Position numbers and translations under genes: made by a program. The notes beneath the pieces were generated by a model. It did no database searches. It had not been told where the DNA came from and saw only the letters and a list, made by a program, of their open reading frames with translations. A stretch of 64,000 nt of DNA from Tubulanus polymorphus (taxonomy: Eukaryota; Animalia; Nemertea): NCBI RefSeq assembly GCF_964204645.1, contig NC_134033.1, forward strand, positions 3,930,231 to 3,994,230, written 5' to 3'. Below are positions 1-12,950 of the stretch, in pieces. Positions within the stretch are counted from its first letter, which is position 1. Each line of letters starts with the position of its first letter.

Positions 1-3000
1 GTAACCTTGTGAAATAATGCCAAAAAATCAAGTCAATTGTATTTGAAAGATTGTAAATTCAATGGAACTGTTGTTCTAACAAACTCCGGTGTACAATAGT
101 TTGTGAAAAATATAATTCGCAATAAAAGGAATACTGCTCGTTATAGCAGACAGTCATTTTACCGATCAATTTTGTTAATTTCTGTGAAGTTTATTTAGAC
201 AATGTTCCATTGAATGTTTGTTAAAGACTAGTTGATAAAAATTCAAGTTGATCAATTCTCTAATTTTACATATGTTGACTGTTTTTTCTTTTATACATCC
301 ATCATTTTCAATTCATATTGTTGTTTCAATAAAAACCTTTCAAAAATTATATATGACTGTGTTTGTCTTTCTTAGCCATCTAATTCAAGAAAGGTTACTT
401 GGGGTTCTTGGATCAAATTTATAGCAGGATGGTAATTTTATTCATAAAGAATGTATCTGGATCGAAATATTCCTCTAACATATCGTATATTATGGGTACC
501 CTGTGTATAAATTATTTACAATAAGTGAAAGGAAATGAGTCTCAGGATAAAGTTTTTGTAAAAGAAGTGTGGTTCTGACAGCTGTATTATAAAGGTGAGT
601 TTCTTGACTATTTCAAAGTTCATTTTCAAACTAACTTGAGTCTGTCCTTGAGTGAAATTGAAGTTTGTTACAGGACAATTGTTAGTCAAAATAGTGTTCC
701 AAAAGTGGTAGCATTTGACATGGTGAAATATCGAATTATCACTAACAATTTCTATCTGATGACAGACTGGTTAATTTTTCTTTTGCCTAATTAATCATTT
801 AATTTCCTCTGCATGCAACATACCAACAAATTTAAAACTATTCCATTTTCAGCAAGTGGTAGACATAGAATTTATTGAAATCATTGTTTCACAATAGACA
901 AATTGCGTCAAACTAAATACATGTATTACCTTATATATAATTAATTAAAAGCAAAAAATGCTGATACCTTTATGTTTTGAATTGTAATATTACAAAATGT
1001 TAGTTGCATTAACAGTTTTTAAAGTACGCTCGTGCAAGCTGCGCCATATAAATTTTATTTACAATAATTACTGGGTTTTACCTTAAGTTTTTATCTAATG
1101 AGTTGAATGTTCTTTCAATCAATCTAACAGGCTCTAGGAGAAAATCAGCGAAAAGTGACAGCAGTTGGCAGATGAAAGCAATGAAACACTTTTAACCGCA
1201 ACCCCTTCTTCGATACCAAAAAATATCGATTTCCTAAAAGGTCACGATGAGTGCGCGAAGCTTATTCTTAGTATTGCTCTAGAGATGTTCGTGAATTGTT
1301 CAAATCACGATATCCAACGTACGAAACTAGTTCGGCACTTTATGCAACTTATTCGAATAAGCGTAGTCCAATTGTTCGTAAATGCCAGTGCGGATTTTTT
1401 TCAAAAATATCGTCTCCGATACGAGGCGGTAAATCTGAAATAACAAGATTTTTCAATAAATAATACACTAAAAAGTCATAAAAATTATTTACAGATATTG
1501 TTCTACTTGCGAGCAGGGCTTTCATGCTTGTATTGTTATGAGAATTGCGATCGATTAAACTTACTTGAATAGCTTTGTCTGTCCCCTTTGAAAAACATTT
1601 GCTGTCTTAAAAAAACCTGTAATATATAATATGATAGGGCTTACGAAATGTACTGGAGGCTTTAGGCCTAGATTGACTATAATCGCACGGCGTCGATTGC
1701 CACAGATTATCAGATTATCGCCCACTCTCTATGCCTACCTGACAATATTACAACTCTTACTACAATTCATTGTGGTCACAACCCATCCCTGCTTCGACTG
1801 CCCCGAAAAAACAAATAACTGAGGGAATTTACTAGCCTGGGACGGGTCAAATTATCTGACAGTTTGCACTTCAATACATGAAATAGGCCCATCGATGAGC
1901 TAGGCCTGAAGGTGAATGCGGTTAACTATTGATACGAATCTTTTTTTCATTATGGGTTGACATCTTAACAGAATTACTTCAATATAGGCCGCGGTCTGAG
2001 TTAAGAATTTGAAGTGGAAATATTTCCGGGTTTCAGCGAACCCGGAAGTAAGTAAACAAATTCAGTCGTATTTTTACATTTATTGGGTCAACATGCAGCA
2101 AACATACACCATTAACGGCCACAAACGTAATTCTTTACTTACATTAACAAATGACACCCATTAAAGCAACTGGAATCGTTTCAAAGGCAACCAATTCATG
2201 ATACACTCCGATATTTTAACTATCGTGTCTAGCGAGGATGACTCCACGTCTTGCTGAAGATCGTGATCGCGCGCAATAGATTTGTTCGCGGCCACCGAAT
2301 AATATTGATTTCCTTAAAGGTCACAACAATTACCGGAACTTCAAGGTCTCTTATTCTTAGCATTGTCTGTACGTACGTGGGGTGGTGGTGTAAGTAGAAA
2401 TGACGGGGGATAAGCGTCCCGTGGCGCCTTTCAATAATGGGATGCTTATCCCCTGAAAACTCTGTAGGTCGAGGATAGGGCAATTTTGCTAAAACTTACC
2501 GTAAAAACATTGAAATATTCCTTTTAATCACGAGAGAATGATGACTATCCTTCTGTCGTCACGGCCGAGCTAATTTAAATAAACCTCGCTTTCAGCAACT
2601 AATTAAAACGCAGTAATTCAATACCGGCTAACTGGCTTGTGTGTGTTGTATGTACTGCATGCTTATTATATAACAACAACGTTGTGCAACACCTGTTTGA
2701 TTGATCAATATTCAAATGAAGCACTATCTTATAATAACATGTAACAGATGTACTGTATGATTGTAGTTGTTTATAAAACGACTAAGGTCATTTTGGATTC
2801 TAGATATTCATTATTTTTATTTCTTATTTAATCAACAATTTCTAAATCATGATGACCGTCTTCATTTTTCCCATGATATATTATCTTAAATCCTACTAAA
2901 TCTTTCAATTCCTCCGTACTCAATGAAACCCATTTATCGGGTAAAAACACTTTAAATTCTCGCGACATTACAGTAGCTTAAATTAGCTGATACTTTCTCT

Positions 3001-6000
3001 CCATATTTAGTTTTTATCTTTTCTAATTTCAATATTTTATGTTCAATTTCTTTTGTAACATCAACTAACTTTTTTATTTCAAATTGTTTTTTGCTGGTTT
3101 TATTCTGTTATTTATTGTTGCTAAGAATGCTTTTCTATCTCCCATTTATAAGGAAAACAAATTACTTGGTGATGAGTGTTTTCACTTTTCTAATTACTAC
3201 CGATTCGATAGGCATATGACCTCTCTTCAGGCACAACTAGGATTGATTGACCGTAATTTCGTTCTGAACAACACCAGAAAATATAAAAGGCATCGATTAG
3301 AAGTAAATTACAACGACAAATAAGCGTTATCTGACAGAAAATAAATTAATAGTCTAGAAATGAAGTCTCCGGTTACTACTTTGCGATGATCCGAGAATAC
3401 AACTGACATTCAGTCTCTAGATTTAGAATTATACCAAAATTACATCATTCGCCCAGATTGTCAAAACTTATAGATGATAGTAAAATAAAACAGCAAAATC
3501 ACAATAAAAAAAATCTGGAGTAACACTTTATGGATCTACGCGCCATATGACAATTTCGACAGGCATTCAATAAAGGCGGGCAACCTAACTTTAACGGTGA
3601 ATATCACGTAATTATTACACATCAAGAACAGGAAACTTTATCAAAATACTTCTTGATTTATCTACACAGTGAATACGGAGTAGAATGTTTAATTCGATTA
3701 CTCACGTTGTTATTTGTTAGTTGTTAGTTGTTAGTTCTGTCTCTTTCTTTATCTCTCTCTAGTTACATTTATTCTCTTCCTGTAGACCGTCTCTTAACGT
3801 TCAGTTATAGGCGTCAACAACGAGCTGCAACAGCCTCAGAGTATCAGATGTCACCGTTTTACACGCATGCGCACAGTAAGTGTTGCACGTCCACAGCTTG
3901 TTATTGGATAATAACAATCACGTGATGTTGCGCAACCCCGTAATCTGTGCCCAATGGGGGAACTCTTGATTATAACCGCAGTACTCCCTTAAGTTTTCCT
4001 TAACTAAATCCTCAACTCATCTTTAACTGTTTCGAAAGTAAGCTTCTATTGGTTACAATAGGTCGATGTGCTGCTCCCACAAACATCGTGTTATTATATT
4101 GCGAATATATTATCAAAAAGGTGTTTAGAGTTAAATTCAAGTGTTTTGAATGAATTAATAACTTATAAGAGACTTTTCTGACTTTACCTTTCTCGTTTTA
4201 TTGTGGGATTTTTGATACATAGTCTCAGCAGCAGTTGTAATGTTCAGGATGATTCATCAGCTAGAGGTCTGTGTATACATAATACTGTGTTTACATATAT
4301 CTATTTCACAATTATTGCGCGCTTCCTTGTTGACTCCTATTTTATCTATATCAAAGAAACCCTCATAAACGCTACAAATGCTGGTACTTGATAAAAAAAA
4401 GTTTCGCCACAAATGACTATTATTTTGAATTCATGCTTAACTCATTGAAATTAACGATCTTAAAGGTTAATTTTTTAGATTAATTTTTGGAATTTCTGTT
4501 TACAGTTTGGATACAATTCGACCAAAGTATACATTTGCTAAAAATTACCAGTTTTTTGTGATGCCCTACATAAAGATTGAATGTACATGAAGACAGCGCA
4601 CTGCGTCAGTAGTAGGGTTGCAGTGACCTACAGCCGTCTGCTGCACTACTTTCATTATAATTTCGACTGGCAAATTCTAACATCGCTTTGTCTGCATTCT
4701 GCAGCATTTTGTATTAGATGTTGATATTTTTTTCTATTGTTCATTACATTATGACTCTACCCTGATTATGATTTTGGAAAGTTGCTCTGATAATTAAAAA
4801 TGACTTATGGCAAAGATTGGCAATGATTTCTTAATTCCGCAATTGGTGGTAACCTTGTGAAATAATGCCAAAAAATCAAGTCAATTGTATTTGAAAGATT
4901 GTAAATTCAATGGAACTGTTGTTCTAACAAACTCCGGTGTACAATAGTTTGTGAAAAATATAATTCGCAATAAAAGGAATACTGCTCGTTATAGCAGACA
5001 GTCATTTTACCGATCAATTTTGTTAATTTCTGTGAAGTTTATTTAGACAATGTTCCATTGAATGTTTGTTAAAGACTAGTTGATAAAAATTCAAGTTGAT
5101 CAATTCTCTAATTTTACATATGTTGACTGTTTTTTCTTTTATACATCCATCATTTTCAATTCATATTGTTGTTTCAATAAAAACCTTTCAAAAATTATAT
5201 ATGACTGTGTTTGTCTTTCTTAGCCATCTAATTCAAGAAAGGTTACTTGGGGTTCTTGGATCAAATTTATAGCAGGATGGTAATTTTATTCATAAAGAAT
5301 GTATCTGGATCGAAATATTCCTCTAACATATCGTATATTATGGGTACCCTGTGTATAAATTATTTACAATAAGTGAAAGGAAATGAGTCTCAGGATAACG
5401 TTTTTGTAAAAGAAGTGTGGTTCTGACAGCTGTATTATAAAGGTGAGTTTCTTGACTATTTCAAAGTTCATTTTCAAACTAACTTGAGTCTGTCCTTGAG
5501 TGAAATTGAAGTTTGTTACAGGACAATTGTTAGTCAAAATAGTGTTCCAAAAGTGGTAGCATTTGACATGGTGAAATATCGAATTATCACTAACAATTTC
5601 TATCTGATGACAGACTGGTTAATTTTTCTTTTGCCTAATTAATCATTTAATTTCCTCTGCATGCAACATACCAACAAATTTAAAACAAATTTAAAAAATT
5701 TAAAACTATTCCATTTTCAGCAAGTGGTAGACATAGAATTTATTGAAATCATTGTTTCACAATAGACAAATTGCGTCAAACTAAATACATGTATTACCTT
5801 ATATATAATTAATTAAAAGCAAAAAATGCTGATACCTTTATGTTTTAAATTGTAATATTACAAAATGTTAGTTGCATTAACAGTTTTTAAAGTACGCTCG
5901 TGCAAGCTGCGCCATATAAATTTTATTTACAATAATTACTGGGTTGTACCTTAAGTTTTTATCTAATGAGTTGAATGTTCTTTCAATCAATCTAACAGGC

Positions 6001-9000
6001 TCTAGGAGAAAATCAGCGAAAAGTGACAGCAGTTGGCAGATGAAAGCAATGAAACACTTTTAACCGCAACCCCTTCTTCGATACCAAAAAATATCGATTT
6101 CCTAAAAGGTCACGATGAGTGCGCGAAGCTTATTCTTAGTATTGCTCTAGAGATGTTCGAGAATTGTTCAAATCACGATATCCAACGTACGAAACTAGTT
6201 CGGCACTTTATGCAACTTATTCGAATAAGCGTAGTCCAATTGTTCGTAAATGCCAGTGCGGATTTTTTTCAAAAATATCGTCTCCGATACGAGGCGGTAA
6301 ATCTGAAATAACAAGATTTTTCAATAAATAATACACTAAAAATTATTTACAGATATTGTTCTACTTGCGAGCAGGGCTTTCATGCTTGTATTGTTATGAG
6401 AATTGCGATCGATTAAACTTACTTGAATAGCTTTGTCTGTCCCCTTTGAAAAACATTTGCTGTCTTAAAAAAACCTGTAATATATAATATGATAGGGCTT
6501 ACGAAATGTACTGGAGGCTTTAGGCCTAGATTGACTATAATCGCACGGCGTCGATTGCCACAGATTATCAGATTATCGCCCACTCTCTATGCCTACCTGA
6601 CAATATTACAACTCTTACTACAATTCATTGTGGTCACAACCCATCCCTGCTTCGACTGCCCCGAAAAAACAAATAACTGAGGGAATTTACTAGCCTGGGA
6701 CGGGTCAAATTATCTGACAGTTTGCACTTCAATACATGAAATAGGCCCATCGATGAGCTAGGCCTGAAGGTGAATGCGGTTAACTATTGATACGAATCTT
6801 TTTTTCATTATGGGTTGACATCTTAACAGAATTACTTCAATATAGGCCGCGGTCTGAGTTAAGAATTTGAAGTGGAAATATTTCCGGGTTTCAGCGAACC
6901 CGGAAGTAAGTAAACAAATTCAGTCGTATTTTTACATTTATTGGGTCAACATGCAGCAAACATACACCATTAACGGCCACAAACGTAATTCTTTACTTAC
7001 ATTAACAAATGACACCCATTAAAGCAACTGGAATCGTTTCAAAGGCAACCAATTCATGATACACTCCGATATTTTAACTATCGTGTCTAGCGAGGATGAC
7101 TCCACGTCTTGCTGAAGATCGTGATCGCGCGCAATAGATTTGTTCGCGGCCACCGAATAATATTGATTTCCTTAAAGGTCACAACAATTACCGGAACTTC
7201 AAGGTCTCTTATTCTTAGCATTGTCTGTACGTACGTGGGGTGGTGGTGTAAGTAGAAATGACGGGGGATAAGCGTCCCGTGGCGCCTTTCAATAATGGGA
7301 TGCTTATCCCCTGAAAACTCTGTAGGTCGAGGATAGGGCAATTTTGCTAAAACTTACCGTAAAAACATTGAAATATTCCTTTTAATCACGAGAGAATGAT
7401 GACTATCCTTCTGTCGTCACGGCCGAGCTAATTTAAATAAACCTCGCTTTCAGCAACTAATTAAAACGCAGTAATTCAATACCGGCTAACTGGCTTGTGT
7501 GTGTTGTATGTACTGCATGCTTATTATATAACAACAACGTTGTGCAACACCTGTTTGATTGATCAATATTCAAATGAAGCACTATCTTATAATAACATGT
7601 AACAGATGTACTGTATGATTGTAGTTGTTTATAAAACGACTAAGGTCATTTTGGATTCTAGATATTCATTATTTTTATTTCTTATTTAATCAACAATTTC
7701 TAAATCATGATGACCGTCTTCATTTTTCCCATGATATATTATCTTAAATCCTACTAAATCTTTCAATTCCTCCGTACTCAATGAAACCCATTTATCGGGT
7801 AAAAACACTTTAAATTCTCGCGACATTACAGTAGCTTAAATTAGCTGATACTTTCTCTCCATATTTAGTTTTTATCTTTTCTAATTTCAATATTTTATGT
7901 TCAATTTCTTTTGTAACATCAACTAACTTTTTTATTTCAAATTGTTTTTTGCTGGTTTTATTCTGTTATTTATTGTTGCTAAGAATGCTTTTCTATCTCC
8001 CATTTATAAGGAAAACAAATTACTTGGTGATGAGTGTTTTCACTTTTCTAATTACTACCGATTCGATAGGCATATGACCTCTCTTCAGGCACAACTAGGA
8101 TTGATTGACCGTAATTTCGTTCTGAACAACACCAGAAAATATAAAAGGCATCGATTAGAAGTAAATTACAACGACAAATAAGCGTTATCTGACAGAAAAT
8201 AAATTAATAGTCTAGAAATGAAGTCTCCGGTTACTACTTTGCGATGATCCGAGAATACAACTGACATTCAGTCTCCAGATTTAGAATTATACCAAAATTA
8301 CATCATTCGCCCAGATTGTCAAAACTTATAGATGATAGTAAAATAAAACAGCAAAATCACAATAAAAAAAATCTGGAGTAACACTTTATGGATCTACGCG
8401 CCATATGACAATTTCGACAGGCATTCAATAAAGGCGGGCAACCTAACTTTAACGGTGAATATCACGTAATTATTACACATCAAGAACAGGAAACTTTATC
8501 AAAATACTTCTTGATTTATCTACACAGTGAATACGGAGTAGAATGTTTAATTCGATTACTCACGTTGTTATTTGTTAGTTGTTAGTTGTTAGTTCTGTCT
8601 CTTTCTTTATCTCTCTCTAGTTACATTTATTCTCTTCCTGTAGACCGTCTCTTAACGTTCAGTTATAGGCGTCAACAACGAGCTGCAACAGCCTCAGAGT
8701 ATCAGATGTCACCGTTTTACACGCATGCGCACAGTAAGTGTTGCACGTCCACAGCTTGTTATTGGATAATAACAATCACGTGATGTTGCGCAACCCCGTA
8801 ATCTGTGCCCAATGGGGGAACTCTTGATTATAACCGCAGTACTCCCTTAAGTTTTCCTTAACTAAATCCTCAACTCATCTTTAACTGTTTCGAAAGTAAG
8901 CTTCTATTGGTTACAATAGGTCGATGTGCTGCTCCCACAAACATCGTGTTATTATATTGCGAATATATTATCAAAAAGGTGTTTAGAGTTAAATTCAAGT

Positions 9001-9551
9001 GTTTTGAATGAATTAATAACTTATAAGAGACTTTTCTGACTTTACCTTTCTCGTTTTATTGTGGGATTTTTGATACATAGTCTCAGCAGCAGTTGTAATG
9101 TTCAGGATGATTCATCAGCTAGAGGTCTGTGTATACATAATACTGTGTTTACATATATCTATTTCACAATTATTGCGCGCTTCCTTGTTGACTCCTATTT
9201 TATCTATATCAAAGAAACCCTCATAAACGCTACAAATGCTGGTACTTGATAAAAAAAAGTTTCGCCACAAATGACTATTATTTTGAATTCATGCTTAACT
9301 CATTGAAATTAACGATCTTAAAGGTTAATTTTTTAGATTAATTTTTGGAATTTCTGTTTACAGTTTGGATACAATTCGACCAAAGTATACATTTGCTAAA
9401 AATTACCAGTTTTTTGTGATGCCCTACATAAAGATTGAATGTACATGAAGACAGCGCACTGCGTCAGTAGTAGGGTTGCAGTGACCTACAGCCGTCTGCT
9501 GCACTACTTTCATTATAATTTCGACTGGCAAATTCTAACATCGCTTTGTCT
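1..9551. repeat. Head-to-tail tandem duplication, unit ~4.86 kb (copy 1 <1-4693, copy 2 4694-9551)
   Basis: Position 1 matches 4849 (gtaaccttgtgaaata) and identity runs to 4693/9551 (catcgctttgtct). I saw about 5 substitutions, a 20-bp insertion near 5685 and a 10-bp deletion near 6340. The ORF track repeats accordingly. Confidence 0.97.
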
Positions 9552-12133
9552 CCTTACAGTAACATTCGAAAAACAATATATTGTTCATTTCAAAATGATT
9601 ACTTGACTTGTTCAATCTATATCTTCCTCGACACAGCGATGTGGGGAAAATCAGAAGTTACACGTTGTACAGTAAATATCAGGTCATATCCTGTTACTAA
9701 ATACTGCGACCACCCGTAATATTAGCAATGAACCGTTTACTCGATAGAAGCTCATTCGCATTGTTAATATAATACAGCTTTTAGTTGAAAAATTAAAAGA
9801 CCCAATATAGAGTTGAAAAGGAAGAGTTGTGTTTGTGAAATAGTAGTCGTGTTTCTTAAGACGAACCAGCCGGATCGTAAGATCACACACAGATTGTTTC
9901 AAATGGTTCATTAAGCAACAAGAGAAATCCCGCTATAGATTCGGCCTTTGAGCGGATTGAAAATCAAGTAACATTTTTCAAATCCGCCATTAACTGTAGT
10001 TTATAAATGAGATTGGCCTCGGACACAGAACGCTATTCTAAAAAATGAGGACCAATCATCACTCCGAAAATGATAGACTTTAGATATCATTTGAAAAACT
10101 AGTTTGAAGTCCTTGTTTATACTTAACACCAGATAATAAGAAACCATCCTTTTATGTTAACGATAAATGAGATAAACATAAACGGATATAATTCAAGGTC
10201 CAAATAGATCTAGATAAAACAGTTGATTATGAGCCAAAAAGCCAAATTTGCGGTTATGCAGTTTTGAACAGCTTACATGTATGTTCAAATGTTTGCGTCT
10301 ATTCAAAATATCGATACGGGAAAAATCAGTATCTATCTTTAAATCATTCATATATATATAGTCAAATGTACGGTTCGTTGATAGATAACACAGTAACACA
10401 ATGCTTATGTTAGTTTTGAAGCCGGTTAAAATAAATAAATACAAAATATAAATTTGCTATTTAGATAGAAGAATGATTCCTATTCTAAAACTAGATCTGC
10501 GCCAGGCCCCGTTGGACTTTATATTTGATACAGTTTTGTGCCGTCATTGACCGTCGCATGGCCACACTTATATTTATACATTGGGTATGAAATATTATTC
10601 CTAACAGGTAACACGAATAACATTTCTAAACCGTGAACGATGAATTCCCCAACGTGCTTTTAAACGCATTTAGTAACAAGTTTGTTTCACTATAGCGGTA
10701 AAAATGTTAATAAATTGCATTAATCAATGTATCCTACTGAATTTCAACTGAATCCGGCGATTTGGTGATTCGGAGAAATCCAAACACCCGGTTACGTTCG
10801 TCGAGTCCGCCTTCTGGAGATAACGACTTTTCTATAGACCACATGCCATAGGTTTATAGTGTGCATCTATTTTTTAAAAAAAGACTGTCTTTGAACTCGA
10901 CTAGTTTAAGTTCAAGCTAATTTATTCAATGGAAAAGAACTCAAAACCTTGAAGGCCGATGAAGTAAGCACATAAGGAGAGCGCATGGCTATGTTTTTGG
11001 AGCAAGTGTTGTGCAAGTGACCCGAAGGCAGTATTAGATTCTAAATTTCCACGTGTTTAATCTGACCAAAATATTGATTAAAGTTACATGACAACGGCTA
11101 CGGCGCGTGTCTCCTTCATTTCATATTTTCGATTATATCAAGTTGGATTGTTGCATAAGTGACGGAATGAAATGAAATATGAATGAATTAATTTTGTCCT
11201 AAACTTTTGAAACACTTTTGACTACTCCAGAGAATGTTTGAATGTCCATGCTCTGAAGATAGGTTTTGTGATTCCCCGTAGTAACTTAACTATTCAGAGT
11301 TATATGAATATAGTTGCGCACAAAAAACAACCGTAATATAACCAGAGAGATGCACTATACTAAAGATTAAAGAAATAAAATCAGCCTTGTCGATGATAAA
11401 GATTTATGGCGGTGATCCTCAGGTCGGGCGGATTGAGAGAGGTCCGAGGGGGTCCGTATCCCCCCTCCATAAATTGGAAGGTCCCTACAAACGTCTACTC
11501 CAAGAAATCCTAAGTGACCATTTTTAAATTAAGGTTAATTAGCACACAAACAGAAGTGCAAAATGATGAATATACGATGGTATTGTGATTGTGGTCGTGG
11601 TGTTGTGTATGTTACGATTATTATCATGGATTTCATTGTTCAACTTCGTGGAAATCTTACAACACATTCTTCTCAACTTTTCAAAACGTTTCTATAGTCG
11701 AGTAGCCCCTAACGGTCGGATGTCTATGTAATGTCGTTGTGCGTGTTGCATCGTCATTACAGTAACATTTAATATGGTTCCTTTTTACTTTCCCGGACTC
11801 CACCCCTACAAAAGTCCTAGATCCACCCCTGATCCCGACATGTTTTATTTTCGATTGAGTCCAGAGTGGAACTTTTGCTGACGAGAGTGGGGGGGGGGGG
11901 CTCTTTCAAATCCAGCCAACCCTAGGCCTGCTGATAATATCATCACATTGGTTAGGCAATAGACTTGGGCAGTGAGGATTGGAACTGGGGGGCAATGTTT
12001 CGGATATCTAAAAATTGTGGAGTTCACCTAAGTATATAAATATCTTGTGACAATTGTGATATCCATATTTCTCATTGTATGCATGGATTCAAATGGCGTA
12101 AGCATACTCTGACCGCGTTTATACAGACAGACA

Positions 12134-12950
12134 CAGGCGCGGAGCCATGGTTTTTCCTGGAGGGGGTTCATAAAAATGTTAATGTTAAACTGACGAAGGG
12201 CGAAGCTCGCTCGGCCTTAACGAACATGACGTGAAGGACGGGGGGTGGACAAACAATATTGAAAATACACGTCAGTGAGTTTCATTTTGGCCACAAAGAT
12301 ATTTGCATTGACAAAGTGAGTTAAACCGTTTTAACAGTTTATCTGAAATTCAAAACGTGCGCTGTTCATTTGAGAAACGTTCAGGATCCATCAGATACCA
12401 CCAATATATAATTTGTGTTTCCTGTGACTAAAAGAAATCTAGCCCCAAAAGCGAAAGATGATTTAAATCTTTGTGACTGTCCATTTCAGGCCTGAATCCA
12501 GGGGCCAGTGACGACTTACTGCACGGTGAAAAAAGGGCACCAACTTTGAAAAGGGCCAGTATTAAAGCCCAACGAGCGAGTTTGAGTTTGAGTGCCATTT
12601 ATTGGTATCATGCCACTAAATCTGTCTTCACATTCAATTTGCTTGTGCCTTTTTTAGATTTTTGGCGAAATTTACCCTTTTTCAATTAAATTTATAGAGC
12701 AACAATAATGTCTATTTTGTAATAGTGCCCTTTTGAGTAAAGGAAAATGCCTTAGATTGCCTTTTTTGATTTGGGCAATTTCATTCACATTTTGCTTTAG
12801 GCCTAGTACAGAAAGGCAATTACTTATTATGGCGCACAAATTGTGTGCCCTTTTATTTAACTTTTTCCTCGAAACATAAATTTTTCAAGGGCATTTGAAA
12901 ACTGCGACTACCGCACGTGCTGCATGTGCGATAGTCTGGATCCGCGCCTG
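12134..12950. mobile_element. Putative MITE or nested MITEs with CAGGCGCGGA-type terminal inverted repeats
   Basis: caggcgcggagcca at 12134 and tggatccgcgcctg ending at 12950 (13/14 inverted match). A related end, caggcctgaatcc, lies at 12487. No clear TSD. Confidence 0.4.

Noticed and set aside
1165-9249. Short ORFs in the tandem duplication
   Set aside because: Mostly non-ATG starts with no motifs; they recur only because of the duplication.
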